Positions 1 through 15,209 of a stretch of DNA of 64,000 nt are shown piece after piece. The notes beneath the pieces were generated by a model, which was given only the letters and a program-made list of their open reading frames with translations, did no database searches and was not told the DNA's origin. The position numbers were made by a program, and so were the translations under genes. How positions within the stretch are numbered: position 1 is the stretch's first letter; each line of letters opens with the position of its first letter. Origin of the DNA: the human T2T-CHM13v2.0 reference genome, Homo sapiens; the NCBI RefSeq assembly GCF_009914755.1, contig NC_060933.1; one strand, written 5' to 3'.

Positions 1-1559
1 GTGGAATGGAATGGAATGGAATGGAATGGAAAGGAATGGAATCAACTCGAGTGCAATGGAATGGAATGGAATGGAATGGAATGGAATGGAATGGAATGGA
101 ATGGAATGGAATCAACTCGATTGCAATGGAATGGAATGGAATGGAATGGAATGGAATGGAATGGAATGGAATGGAAAGGAATGGAATCAACCAGAATGGA
201 ATGGAACGGAATGAAATGGAATCAACCAGAATGGAATGGCATGGAATGGAAAGGAATGGAATGGAATGGAATGGAATGGTACAGAATAGAATGGAATGGA
301 ACGAAATGGAATGGAATGGATTCAACCCAATTTGAATGGAATGGAAAGGAATGGAATTGTGTGGAATGTAATGGAATGGAATGCAGTGTAAAGGAATTGA
401 ATAGAATCAACCCGAATGTAATGGAATGTAATGGAATGGAATGGAATGGAATGGAATGGAATGGAATCAACTCGAGTGCAATGGAATGGAATGGAATGGA
501 ATGGAATGGAATGGAATGGAATGGAATGGAATCAACTCGAATGCAATGGAATGGAATGGAATGGAATGGAATGGAATGGAATGCAAAGGAATCAACACGA
601 ATGGAATGGAATGGAATGAAATGGAATCAACCCGAATGGAATGGCAAGGAATGGAATGGAATGGAATGGAATGGAATGGTACGGAATAGAATGGAATGGA
701 ACGAAATGGAACGGAATGGATTCAACCCAATTTGAATGGAATGGAAAGGAATGGAATTGTGTGGAATGGAATGGAATGGAATGCAATGGAAAGGAATCAA
801 TTCGAGGGAAATGGAATGGAATGGAATGGATTGGAATGGAATGCAATGGAATGGAATGGATTCATTCCGATTGGAATGCAAGGGAATGTAATCGAGTGGA
901 ATGCAAAGGAATGGAATCAACCCGAGTGGAATGGAAGGGAATGGAATGGAATGGAATGGAATGGAAAGGAATGGAATGGATTCAACCGAGTGGATTGGAA
1001 TGGAATATAATGGAATGGAATGGAATTGGATGGAATGCAATCATCCCTAATGGAATGGAGTGGAATGGAATGGAATGGAATGGAATGGAATGGAACGGAA
1101 TGGAATCAACCCGAGTGCATTGGAATGTAACGGAATGGAATGGAATGGAGTGGAATGGAATGGAATGGAATGGAATGGAATGGAATGGAATGGAACGGAA
1201 TGGAATCAACCCGAGTGCATTGGAATGTAACGGAATGGAATGGAATGGAATGGAATGGAATGGAATCAACCCGAATGGAATGGAATGGAATGGAATGGAA
1301 TCAACCCGAATGGAATGGCATGGAATGGAATGGAATGCAATGGAATGGAATGGAATGGAATGGAATGGAATGGTACGGAATAGCATGGAATGGAACGAAA
1401 TGGAATGGAATGGATTCAACCCAACTGGAGTGGAATGGAATGGAATGGAATTGTGTGGAATGGAATGGAATGGAAAGTAGTGTAAAGGAATGGAAGAGAC
1501 TCAACCCGAATGGAATGGAATGGAATGGAACGGAACGGAATGGAATGGAATGGAATGGA

Positions 1560-2990
1560 ATGGAATGGAATGGAATCAACTCGAGAGGAATGGAATGGAA
1601 TGGAATGGATTGGAATGGAATGCAATGGAATGGAATGAAATCATTCCGAGTGGAATGGAAGGGAATGTAATCGAGTGGAATGGATAGATATGGAATCAAC
1701 CCGAGTGGAATGGAAGGGAATGGAATGGAATGGAAAGGAATGGAATGGAATCAACCCGAGTGGAATGGAATGGAAAGGAATGGAATGGAATGGAAAGGAA
1801 CTGAATCAAACAGAGTGGAATGGAAGGAAATGGAATGGAATGGAATGGAACGGAATGGAATGGAATGGAATGGAATGGAATCAACCTCAGTGGAATGGCA
1901 TGGAATGGAATGGAATGGTACGGAATAGAAAGCAATGGAACGAAATGGAATAGAATGGATTCAACCCACTTGGAATGCAATGGAATGCAATGGAATTGTG
2001 TGGAATGGAATGGAATGGAATGGAGTGCAAAGGAATTGAATAGAATCAACCAGATTGAAATAGAATGGAATGGAATGGAACGGAATGGAATGGAATGGAA
2101 TGAAATGGAATGGAATTGTGTAGAATGGAATGGAATGGAATGCAATGGAGTGTAAAGGGATTGAATAGAGTCACCCCGAATGGAATGGAATGGAATGGGA
2201 CGGAATGGAATGGAATGGAATGGAATGGAAAGGAATGGAATGGAATGGAATGAACTCGAAAAGAATGGAATGGAATGGAATGGAATGGAATGGAATGGAA
2301 TCAACTCGAGAGGAAAGGAATGGAATGGAATCGATTGGAATGGAATGCAATGGAATGGAATGAAATCATTCCGAGTGGAATGGAAGGGAATGTAATCGAG
2401 TGGAATGGATAGGAATGGAATCAACCCGAGTGGAATGGAAGGGAATGGAATGGAATGGAAAGGAATGGAATGGAATCAACCTGAGTGGAATGGAATGGAA
2501 AGGAATGGAATGGAATGGAAAGGAACTGAATCAAACAGAGTGGAATGGAATGGAATGGAATGGAATGGAATGGAATGGAATCAACCTCAGTGGAATGGCA
2601 TGGAATGGAATGGAATGGTACGGAATAGAAAGCAATGGAACGAAATGGAATAGAATGGAATCAACCCACTTGGAATGCAATGGAATGCAATGGAATTGTG
2701 TGGAATGGAATGGAGTGGAATGGAGTGCAAAGGAATTGAATAGAATCAACCCGATTGAAATAGAATGGAATGGAATGGAACGGAATGCAATGGAATGGAA
2801 TGGAATGGAATGAAATGGAATGGAATTGTGTGGAAAGGAATGGAATGGAATGGAGTGTAAAGGGATTGAATAGAATCACCCCGAATGGAATGGAATGGAA
2901 TGGGACGGAATGGAATGGAATGGAATGGAAAGGAATGGAATGGAATGGAATGAACTCGAATGGAATGGAATGTAATGGCATGGAATGGAA
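1560..2990 (+). repeat. ~700-725 bp tandem duplication in the left HSat3 arm
   Basis: CTGAATCAAACAGAG 1801/2526, TCAACCTCAG 1881/2581, TCAACCCACT 1961/2661, TGAACTCGAA 2251/2951. Confidence 0.88.
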
Positions 2991-5900
2991 TGGAATGGAA
3001 TGGAATGGAATGGAATGGAAACTACCCGAATGCAATGGAATGGAATGGAATCAGATGGAGTGCAATGGAATGAAATGCCTTGGAATGGAACAGAATGGAA
3101 TGCAATGGAACAGAATGGAATGGAATGCAATGTAATCAACCGGAGTGGAATGGAATGGAATGGAATGGAATTTACTGGAATGGAATGGAGTGGATTCAAC
3201 CCGAGAGAAATGGAATGGAATTGCATGGAATGGCATCAACTGCAATGGAATGGAATGGAATGGAATGGAATGGAATAGAATCGATTCATCCCAAGTGCAA
3301 TAGAATGGAATGGAATGGAATGGAATGGAATGGAATCAACCCGAATGGAATGGAGTGGAATGGAATCAACCCGAGTGGAATGGCATGGAATGGATTGGAA
3401 TGGAAAGGAAAGGAATGTTACGGAATAGAATGGAATGGAAAGAAATGGAATGGAATGTATTCAACCAAATTGGAATGGAATGGAATGTAATGGAATTGTG
3501 TGGAATGGAATGGAATGGAATGGAGTGCAAAGGAATTGAATAGTTTCAACCCAAATGGAATGGAATGGAATGGAACGAAATGGAATGGAATGGAATGGAA
3601 TGGAATCAACTCGGGTTGAAATCAATGGAATGGAATGGATTGGAATGGAATGCATTGGAATGGAATGGAATGGAATCATTCCGAGTGGAATGGAAGGGAA
3701 TGTAATCGAGTGGAATGGAAAGGAATGGAATCAACCCGAGTGCAATGGAATGGAATGGAATGGAATGGAATGGAAAGGAAAATACCAGAATGCAATGGAA
3801 TGGAATGGAATCGTATGGCATGGAATGGAATGAAACGGAATAGAATGGAGTGGAATCAAATCACGTGAAAGGGAATTGAATGGAACTGAATCAAACAGAG
3901 TGGAATGGAATGGAATGGAATGGAATGGAACGGAATGGAATGGAATGGAATGGAATGGAATGGAATTATCCGGAATGGAATGAAGTGGAATGGAATGGAA
4001 TGGAATGGAATAGAATGGAATCAACCCTAGTGCAATGGAATGGAATGGAATGGAATGGAATGGAATGGAATGGAATGGAATCAACCCGAATGGCATGGAA
4101 TGGAATGGAATGGTACGGAATAGAATGGAATGGAACGAAATGGAATGGAATGGATTCAACCCAAATGGAATGGAATGGAATGGAATGGAATGGAATGGAA
4201 TGGAAATGTGTGGAATGGAATGGAATGGAATGGAATGGAAGGAAGTGTAAACGAATTGAATAGAATCCAGCAGAATGGAATGGAATGGAACGGAACGGAA
4301 CGGAATGGATTGGAACGGAATGGAATGGAATGGAATGAACTCGAGATGAATGGAAGGGAATGGAATGGAATGGAAAGAAATGGAATGGAATGGATTCAAC
4401 CCACTTGGAATGGAATGGAATGGAATGGAATAGAATTGTGTGGAATGGAATGGAATGTAAAGGAATTGCATAGAATAAACCCGAATGGAATGCAATGGAA
4501 TGGAACGGAACGGAATGGAATGGAATGGAATGGAATCAAAATGGAATAGAACGAAATGGAATGGAATGGAATGGAATGGAATGGAATGGAATGGAATGAA
4601 ATGGAATGAAATGGAATGGAATAGAATGGAATGGAATGGAATGGAATGGAATGGAATGGAATGGAATGGAATGGAAACATTCTGAGTGGAATAGATGGGA
4701 ATATATATGAGTGGAATGGAAAGAAATGGAATCAACCCGAGTGGAATGGAAGGGAATGGAATGGAATGCAAAGGAATGGAATGGAATCAACCAGAGTGGA
4801 ATGGAATGAAATGGAATCAAACCGAGTGGAATGGCATGGAAAGGAAAGGAATGGAATGGAATGGAATCGTACGGAATAGAATGGAATGGAACGAAATGGA
4901 ATGGAATGGATTCAACCCGATTGGAATGGAATGGAAAGGAATGGAATGAAATGGAATTGTGTGGAATTGAATAGAATGGAATGGAGTCTAAAGGAATTGA
5001 ATAGAATCAACCCGAATGGAATGGAATGGAATGGAATGGAACGGAATGGAATGGAATGGAATGGAATCATCCGGAATGGAATGGAATGGAATGGAATGGA
5101 ATGGAATGGAATGGAAAGGAATGCAATGGAATGGAAAGGAATGGAATGGAATGCAACGGATTTGTACGGAATACAATGGAATGGAACGAAATAGAATGGA
5201 ATGGATTCAACCCAATTGGAATGGAATGGAATGGAATGGAATAGAATGGAATGGAATGGAATGGAATGGAATGGAATGGAATCACCCCGAATGGAATGGA
5301 ATGGAATGGAATGGAATGGAATGGAATGGAATGGAATGGAATAGAAAGGAATCAACTCGAGTGCAATGGAATGGAATGGATTGGAATTGAATGCGATGTA
5401 ATGGAATGGAATCATTCCGAGTGTAAAGGAAGGGAATGTAATCGAGTGGAATGGAAAGGAATGGAATCAACCCGAGTGGAATGGAAGGGAATGGAATGGA
5501 ATGGAAAGGAATGGAATGGAATCAACCCGAGTGGAATGGAAGGGAATGTAATCGCGTGGAATGGAAAGGAATTGAATCAACACGAGAAGAATGGAAGGGA
5601 ATGGAATGGAATGGAAAGGAATGGAATGGAATCAACCCGAGTGGAATGGAATGGAAAGGAATGGAAAGGAATGGAATGGAATGGAATGGAATGGAATGGA
5701 ATGGAATCAACCCGAGAGCAATGGTATGGAATGGAATGGAATGGAATGGAATCAACCCGAATGGAATGGAGTGGAATGGAATCAACCTGAGTGGAATGGC
5801 ATGGAATGGAGTGGAATGGCATGGAATGTAACGGAATGGAAAGGAATGGAATGGTAAGGAATAGAATGGAATGGAACGAAATGGAATGGAATGGAATCAA

Positions 5901-8022
5901 CCCAATTGGAATGGAATGAAATGGAGTGTAAAGGAATTGAACAGAATCAACCCGAACGGAATGGAATGGAAAAGAATGCAATGGAATGGAAAGGAATGGA
6001 ATGGAATGCAATGGATTTGTACGGAATATAATGGAATGGAACGAAATGGAATGGAATGGATTCAACCCAATTGGAATGGAATGGAATGGAATGGAATGGA
6101 ATGGAATGGAATGGAATGGAATCACCCCGAATGGAATGGAGTGGAATGGAATGGAATGGAATGGAATGGAATGGAATGGAATTGAATGGAATAGAATGGA
6201 ATCAACTCGAGTGCAATGGAATGGAATGGAATGGATTGGAATTGAATGCGATGTAATGGAATGGAATCATTCTGAGTGTAAAGGAAGGGAATGTAATCGA
6301 GTGGAATGGAAAGGAATGGAATAAACCCGAGTCGAATGGAAGGGAATGGAATGGAATGGAAAGGAATGGAATGGAATCAACCCGAGTGGAATGGAATGGA
6401 ATGGAATGGAATGGAATGGAATGGAATGGAATGGAATGAAAAGGAATTGTGTGGAATTGAATAGAATGGAATGGAGTGTAAAGGAATTGAATACAATCAA
6501 CCCGAATGGAATGGAATGGAATGCAACGGAATGTAATGGAATGGAATGGAATGGAAAGGAATCAACTAGAGTGGAATGGAATGCAATGGAATGGATTGGA
6601 ATGGAAGGCTATGGAAGAAAATGGAAGGGTATGGAATGGAATTGAATCATTCCGAGTGGAATGGAAGGGAATGTAATCTAGTGGAATGGAAAGGAATTGA
6701 ATCAATACGAGTGGAATGGAAGGGAATGGAATGGAATGGAATGGAAAGGAATGGAATGGAATCAACCCGAGAGGAATGGAATGGAAATGAATGGAATGGA
6801 ATGGAATGGAATGGAATGGAAGGGAATGGACTGGAATGGAATGCAATGGAAGGGAATGGAAAGGAATGGAATGGAATGGAAAGGAATGGAATGGAATCAA
6901 CACGAGTGGAATGGAATGGAAAGGAATGGAATGGAATGGAAAGTAATCAACCCAAGAGCAATGGTATGGAATGGAATGGAATGGAATGGAATGGAATCAA
7001 CCCGAATGGAATGGAGTGGAATGGAATCAACCCGAGTGGAATGGCATGGAATGGAATGGAATGGAAAGGAATGGAATGGTACGGAATAGAATGGAAAGGA
7101 ACGAAATGGAATGGAATGGATTCAACCCAATTGGAATGGAATGGTATGGAATGGAATGGAATCATTACGAGTGGAATAGAAGGGAATGTATTCGATTGGA
7201 ATGGAAAGGAATGGAATCAACCCGAGTGGAATGGAAGGGAATGCAATGGAATGGAAAGCAATAGAATGGAATCAACCCGAGTGGAATGGAATGGAATGGA
7301 ATGGAATCAACCCGAATAGAATGGAATGGAATGGAATCACCCCGAGTTGAATGGCATGGAATGGAAAGGAAAGGAATGGAATAGTATGGTACAGAATAGA
7401 ATGGAATGGAACGAAATGGAACGGAATGGATTCAACCCAATTGGAATGGAATGGAATGGAATGGAATTTTGTGGAATGGAATGGAATGGAATGGAGTGTA
7501 AAGGAATTGAATAGAATCAACCCGAATGGAATGGAATGGAAAGGAATACAATGGAAGGGAATGGAATGGAATGGAATGGATTGGTACGGAACAGAATGGA
7601 ATGTAAAGAAATGGAATGGAATGCATTCAAACCAATTGGAATGGAATGGAATGGAATGGAATGGAATGGAATGGAATGGAATAGAATCAACCCGAGTGTA
7701 GTGGAATGGAATAGAATGGAATGGAACGGAATGGAGTGGATTCAACCCGAATGGAAAGGAAAGGAATGGAAACAACCCGAGTGGAATGGCATGGAATGGA
7801 AAGAAATGGAATGGAATTGAATGGTACGGAATAGAATGGAATGGAACGAAATGGAATGAAATTGATTCAACCCAACTAGAATGGAAAGGAATGGAATGGA
7901 ATGGAATTGAATGGAATGGAATGGAATGGAATGGAATGGAATGGAATGGAATCAACTCGAGTGGAATGGAATGGAATGGAATGGACTGGAATGGAATGCA
8001 ATGGAATGGAATGGAATCATTC

Positions 8023-8396
8023 CGAGTGGAATGGAAGGGAATGTAATCGAGTGGAATGGAAAGGAATGGAATCAACCCGAGTGTAGTGGAAGGGAATCGA
8101 ATGGAATGGAAAGGAATGGAATGGAATCAACCCGAGTGGACTGGAATGGAATGCAATGGAATCGAATGGAATCATTCCGAATGGAATGGAAGGGAATGTA
8201 ATCGAGTGGAATGGAAGGGAATGTAATCGAGTGGAATGGAAAGGAATGGAATCAACCCGAGTGTAGTGGAAGGGAATCGAATGGAATGGAAAGGAATGGA
8301 ATGGAATCAACCCGAGTGGACTGGAATGGAATGCAATGGAATCGAATGGAATCATTCCGAATGGAATGGAAGGGAATGTAATCGAGTGGAATGGAA
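8023..8396 (+). repeat. Perfect 180-bp tandem duplication
   Basis: Lines 8041-8216 and 8221-8396 are identical, including the rare GTGTAGTGGAAGGGAATCGA word. Confidence 0.92.
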
Positions 8397-11300
8397 AGGA
8401 ATGGAATCAACCCGAATGGAATGGAAGGGAATGGAATGGAATGGAAAGTAATAGAATGGAATCTACCCTAGTGGAATGGAATGGAATGGAATGGAATGGA
8501 ATGGAATCAACCCGAGAGCAATGGTATGGAATGGAATGGAATGGAATGGAATCAACCCGAATGGAATGGAGTGGAATGGAATCAACCCGAGTGGAATGGC
8601 ATGGAATGTAATGGAATAGAAAGGAATGGAATGGTACGGAATAGAATGGAATGGAGCGAAATGGAATGGAATGGATTCAAGCCGATTGGAATGGAATGGA
8701 ATGGAATGGAATGGAATGGAATGGAATTGTGTGGAAATGAATAGAATGGAATGGAGTGTAAAGGAATAGAATAGAATCAACCCGAATGGAATGGAATGGA
8801 ATGGAAGGGAACGGAATGGAATGGAATTGAATGGAATGGAATGGAATAGAATGGAATCTACCAGAATGGAATGGAATGGAATGTACCCGAATGGAATTGA
8901 ATGGAATGGAATCGTAGGCCGTGGAATGGAATGAAACGGAATAGAATGGAATGGAATCAAATCTCGTGGAATGGAATGGAATGGAAATGAATTAAACAGA
9001 GTGGAATGGAATGGAATGGAATGGAATGGAATGGAATGGAATGGAATGGAATGGAATGGAATTGAAAGGAATCATCCCGAATGGAATAGAGTGGAATGGA
9101 ATGGAATGGAGTGGAATGGAATGGAATGGAATGGAATGAACCCGAGTGCAATGGAATGGAATGGAATGGAATGGAATTGAATCAACCCGAGTGGAAAGGA
9201 ATGGAAAGGAGTGGAATGGAATGGAATGGAATGGAATGGAAAGGAATCAACTCGAGTGCAATGGAATGCAATGGAATGGAATGGAATGGAATGGAATGGA
9301 ATGGAATGGAATGGAATGGAATGGAATGGAATCCACCCCAATAGAATGGAATGAAATGGAATCAACCCGAGTGGAATGGGATGGAATGGAAAGGAATGGA
9401 ATGGAATGGAATGGTACGGAATAGAATGGAATGGAAGGAAATGGAATGAAATGGATTCAACCCAATTGGAATGGAATGGAATGGAATGCAATTGTGTGGA
9501 ATGGAATGGAATGGAATGGAATGGAGTGTAAAGAATTGAATAGAAGCAACCCGAATGGAATGGAATGTAATGGAATGCAAAGCAATGGAATGGAATAATA
9601 TGGAATGGAATGGAATGGAATGGAATCAACTCGAGTGGAATAGAATGGAATGGAGTGGATTGGAATGGAATGCAATGGAATGGAATGGAATCATTCCGCG
9701 TCTAATGGAAGGGAATGTAATCGAGTGGAATGGAATGGAATGGAATCAACGCGAGTGGAATGGAAGGGAATGGAATTGAATAGAAAGGAATGGAATGGAA
9801 TCAACCATAGTGTAATGGAATGGAATGGAATGAATGCAATGCAATGGAATCATCCCGAATGGAATGGAGTGGAATGGAATGGAATGGAATGGAATGTAGT
9901 GGAATGGAATGGAATCAACCCGAGTGCAATGGAAGGGAATGGAATAGAATGGAATGGAATGTAATATAATCAACCCGAATGGAATGGAATGGAATGGAAT
10001 GGAAAGGAATCAACCCGAGTGGAATGGCATGGAATGGAATGGAATGGAATGGAATGGAATGGAATGCAATGGAACGAAATGGAATGGAATGGATTCAACC
10101 CAATTGGAATGGAAGGGAATGTAATCGAGTGGAATGGAAAGGAATGGAATCAAGCCGAGTGCAATGAAGTGGAATGGAATCAAGCCGATTGGAATGGCAT
10201 GGAATGGAATGGAATGGAAAGGAATGGAATGGTACAGAATAGAATGGAATGGAACGAAATGGAATGGAATGGATTCAACCCCACTGAAATGGAATGGAAT
10301 GGAATGGATTCATTCTGAGTGGAATAGAAGGGAATGTATTCGAGTGGAATGGAAAGGAATGGAATCAACCCGAGTGGAGTGGAAGGCAATGGAATGGAAT
10401 GGAAAGTAATAGAATGGAATCAACCCAAGTGGAATGGAATGGAATGGAATGGAATGGAATGGAATGGAATGGAATGGAATCAACTAGGGTGCAACGGAAT
10501 GGAATGGAAAGGAAAGGAATGGAATGGAATGGAATGGATTGGAATGGAAAGGAATCAACCCGAATAGAATGGAATGGAATGGAATCAACCCGAGTGGAAT
10601 GGCATGGAATGGAATGGAATGGAATGGTACGGAATAGAATGGAATGGAACGAAATGGAATGGAATGGATTGAACCCAATTGGAATGGAATGGAATGGAAT
10701 GGAATGGAATGGAATCAACACCAGTGGAATGCATTGGAATGGAATGGAATGGAATGGAATGGAATGGAATGGAATGGAATGGAATCAACCCGAGTGGAGT
10801 GGAGTGGAACGGAATCAAATGGAATGGAATTGAAAGCAATGAAATGGAAATGAATGGAATGGATTGGAATGTAATGGAATGGAATCAAACCTAGTACAAT
10901 GGACTGGAATGGAATGGAATGGAATGGAATGCAATAAACCCGAGTGGAATGGAATGGAAATTAATGGAATGGAATGGAATGGAATGGAATGGAATGGAAT
11001 GGAATGGAATGGAATGGAATGGAATCCACTCGAATGCAATGGAAGGGAATGCAATGGAATGGAATGGGGGCACGGTGACATACCTCTGAACTGATCACTC
11101 ATCTGATGTAACGCTTGTCTAAGCTGCGCCTAAAGGGGATTGTGACAGATATGTCCACTGATCGACCAGGTATATGTACCAATTTTCTGGGATTTGTCTA
11201 CAGGGGGTTTTGTGACATATTTTTGCACTGATCACCCAGGAGATGTAACTCTTGTCTTGGCTCACCCTCCAGGGGTTTGTGACATACTACTGCACTGATC

Positions 11301-11619
11301 ACCAAGGAGATGTAAATCTTTTCTAGGCTCCACCTACAGGGGTTATTGTGACGTATCTCTGCACTGATCACCCAGGTGATCTAACTCTTGTCTAGGCTCC
11401 ACCTACAGGGCTTATTGTGACGTATCTCTGCACTAATCTCCCAGGTGATGTAACATTTATCTGGGCTCTGCCTACAGGGGAGTTTTGACATAGCTCTGCA
11501 CAGATCACCTAGGTTATGTAACTCTTGACCACTCTGCCTACAGGGGCTTTGTGAAATATCACTGCACTGATCACCCAGGTGATGAGACTCTTCTCTATAC
11601 ACTGCTTACAGGGGGATTT

Positions 11620-14600
11620 GTGACATATCTCTGCACTGATCACCCAGGTAATGGAAGTCTTGACTAGGTTCTGTATATGGGGGCATTGTGTCAAATCTCT
11701 GCACTGATCAACCAGCAGATGTAACTCTTTTCTAGGCTCTGTCTACAGGGACTTTTGTGACATAACACTGCACTGATCATCTAGGTGATGTAAGCCTTGT
11801 ATGGGCTTTGCCTACAGAAGACTTTGTGACATATCTCTGCACCGATCTCTGAGGTGAGGAAACTCTTGTCTTGGCACTGACTACAGGGTACTTTAGTACA
11901 TATCTCTTCACTGATCACACAGGTGATGGACACTTGTCTTAGATCTGCCCACATGGACATTGTGGCACATCTCTGAACTGATCAACCAAGTGATGAAACT
12001 CTTGTCTAGGCTCTGCCTACATGGGCTTTGTGACACATCTCTGCACTGTTCACTCTGGGGAGGGTACTCTTGTCTATGCTCTGCCTACAGGATGCTTTAT
12101 GATTTATAGTGGCACTGATAACCTAGGTTATGTAACACTTGTCTAGGCTCTGCCTACACGGGAATTCTCACATATCTCTGCACTGATCACCCAGGTGACG
12201 GACGGTTGTCTTGGATCTGCCTAAGGGGGCATTGTGACATACCTCTGCACTGATCACTCAGGTGATGTAACTGTTGTATAAGCTCTGCCTGCAGGGGAAT
12301 TGTGAGAGATCTCGCCACTGATCACCCAAGTAAGTGATGCAAATATTGTCTAGGCTTTGCATACAGAGGACTTTGTGACATAGCTTTGCACTGATCACCC
12401 AAGTGATGTAAATCATCTAAGTTCTGCCTACAGGAGCTTTGTGACATATCTCTGCACTGATCACCCAGGTGATTCAACTCTTGTCTAGGATCTTCCTACA
12501 GGAGTATTGTGAAATATCTCTGCACTGATCATTAGGGGATATAACTGTTGTCTAGGCCCTGCCTCCAGGGGCGTTTTCACATATCCCTGAACTGATGACA
12601 ATCGTGATGTAACCCTTTCTTAGGCTATGCCTACAGGGGACATTGTGACATATCTCTGCACTGATCACCTAGGTGATGCAACGCATCTCTAAGCTCTGAC
12701 TACAGGGGAAATGGTGACATATCTCTGCACTGATTACCCAGGTGATGCAACTCTTCTCTATGCTCTGCCTACAGGGCGCATTGTGACATATCTCTGCACT
12801 GATCACCCAGGTGATGTAAAACTTTTCTAGTCTCTGCCTACAGAGGGTGTTGTGACATCACTCTCCACGGGTCACCTGGGTTATGTAACTCTTGTCTAGG
12901 CTCTGCCTATGGAGGCATTCTTACTTATCTCCGCACTGATCACCGAGGATATGTGACTCTTGTCTAAGCTCTGCCTAGAGGGACATTGGGAACTAGCCCT
13001 GCACTGCTCGCTGCGGTGGTGTAAAGCTTGGCTAGACTTTGCCTTCTGTGAGATTTATGACTTATCTCTGCACTTTTCTCGCAGGTGATGTAACTCTTGT
13101 CTTGGCTCTGCTTACAGGGTTATTGTGAGATATCTCTGCACTGATCACCCAGGTGATGTAACTCTTGTCTAGCCTCTGCATACAGGGTCATGTTAACATA
13201 TCACTGAACCAATCACCGATATTATGTAACTCTTGTATAGGCTTCGCCGACAGGGTGTTTTGAGACATATCTCTGCACTGATCACCGAGGTTATGCAGCT
13301 AGTGTCTGAGATCTGCTTACAGGTGGCATTGTGACATATCTCTGCACTGATCACCCAGGTGATGGAAGTCTTGTCTAGGTTCTGTCTATGGGGGCATTGT
13401 GTCAAATATCTGAACTGATCAACCAGGCGATGTAACTCTTTTCTAGGCTCTGTCTACAGGGACTTTTGTGACATAACACTACACTGATCACCTAGGTGAT
13501 GTAAGCCTTGTATGGGCTTTGCCTACAGAAGACTTTGTGACATACCTCTGCACCGATCTCTGAGGTGAGGAAACTCTTGTCTAGGCACTGACTACAGGAG
13601 ACATTAGTACATATCTCTTCAGTGATCACCCAGGTGATGGACACTTGTCTTAGATCTGCCCACATGGAAATTGTGGCACATCTCTGAACTGATCAACCAA
13701 GTGATGAAACTCTTGTCTAGGCTCTGCCTACATGGGCTTTGTGACACATCTCTGCACTGATCACTCTGGGGAGGGTACTCTTGTCTATGATCAGCCTACA
13801 GGATGCTTTATGATTTATAGTGGCACTGACAACCTAGGTTATGTAACACTTGTCGAGGCTCTGCCTACACGGGAATTCTCACATATCTCTGCACTGATCA
13901 CCCAGGTGACGGACGGTTGTCTTGGATCTGCCTATGGGGGCATTGTGACATACCACTGCACTGATCACTCAGGTGATGTAACTGTTGTATAAGCTCTGCC
14001 TACAGGGGAATTGTGAGAGATCTCGCCACTGATCACCCAAGTAAGTGATGTAAATATTGTCTAGGGTTTGCATACAGGGTGCTTTGTGACATATCTCTGC
14101 ACTGATCACCCAGGTGATTCAACTCTTGTCTCGGATCTTCCTACAGGAGAATTGTGAAATATCTCTGCACTGATCATTAGGGGATATAACATTTGTCAAG
14201 GCCCTGCCTCCAGGGGCGTTTTCACATATCCCTGAACTGATGACAATCGCGATGTAACCCTTGCCTAGGCTATGCCTACAGGGGACATTTTGACATATCT
14301 CTGCACTGATCACTTAGGTGATTCGACGCATCTCTAAGCTCTGACTACAGGGGAAATGTTGACTTATCTCTGCACTGATTACACAGGTGGTGCAACTCTC
14401 CTCTATGCTCTGCCTACACGGTGCATTGTGACATATCTCTGCACTGATCACCCAGGTGATGTAACACTTTTCTAGTCTCTGACTACTGAGGGCGTTGTGA
14501 CATCACTCTGCACGGGTCACCTGGGTTATGCAACTCTTGTCTAGGTTCTGCCTATGGAGGCATTGTTTCTTATCTCTGCACTGATCACCCAGGATATGTG

Positions 14601-14980
14601 ACTCTTGTCTAAGCTCTGCCTAGAGGGACATTGGGAACTATCCCTGCAGTGCTCGCTGAGGTGATGTAAAACTTGCCTAGGCTTTGCCTTCTGTGAGATT
14701 TATGACATATCTCTGCACTTATCTCGCAGGTGATGTAACTCTTGTCTTGGCTCTGCTTACAGGGTTATTGTGAGATATCTCTGCACTGATCACCCAGGTG
14801 ATGTAACTCTTGTCTAGCCTCTGCCTACAGGGGCATGTTAACATATCACTGCACCGATCACCGATATTATGTAACTCTCGTATAGGCTTCGCCGACAGGG
14901 TGTTTTGAGACATATCTGTGCACTGATCACCGAGGTTATGCACCTAGTGTCTGGGATCTGCTTACAGGTGGCATTGTGAC
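11620..14980. repeat. Beta satellite tandem duplication, 25-mer (1711 bp) followed by a 24-mer copy
   Basis: CACTCTGGGGAGGGTAC at 12051/13762 and AAGTAAGTGATG at 12328/14039 give an offset of 1711. Further on the offset is 1645 (GATTCAACTC 12471/14116, AGTGTCTG 13301/14946) because copy 2 lacks the monomer at about 12380-12445. Confidence 0.88.
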
Positions 14981-15209
14981 ATATCTCTGCCCTGATCACC
15001 CAGGTGATTTAACTTTTGTCTAGGCTCTGCCAAAAGGAGGCATTGTGATATAACTCTGCACTGATCACCCAGGTGATGAGACTCTTGTCTAGGCTCTGCG
15101 TACAGGGCCATTTTTACATATCTCTGAAGTGATCACACAGGTGATGTAATACATGTCTATATCTGCCTACTGGTGGCATTGTGGCATATTTCTGCACTGA
15201 TCAGCCAGT

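Larger units (their letters stand above)
1..11067 (+). repeat. Satellite III (HSat3) array, left arm; moderately diverged (GGAAT)n
   Basis: Continuous GGAAT pentamers on the + strand, interrupted in register by CAACCCGAGT/CAACCCGAAT/CAACTCGAGT 10-mers, the established HSat3 signature. The CATTCGATTC-type motif that dominates HSat2 is not the main pattern here. The array runs off the left window edge. Confidence 0.97.
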
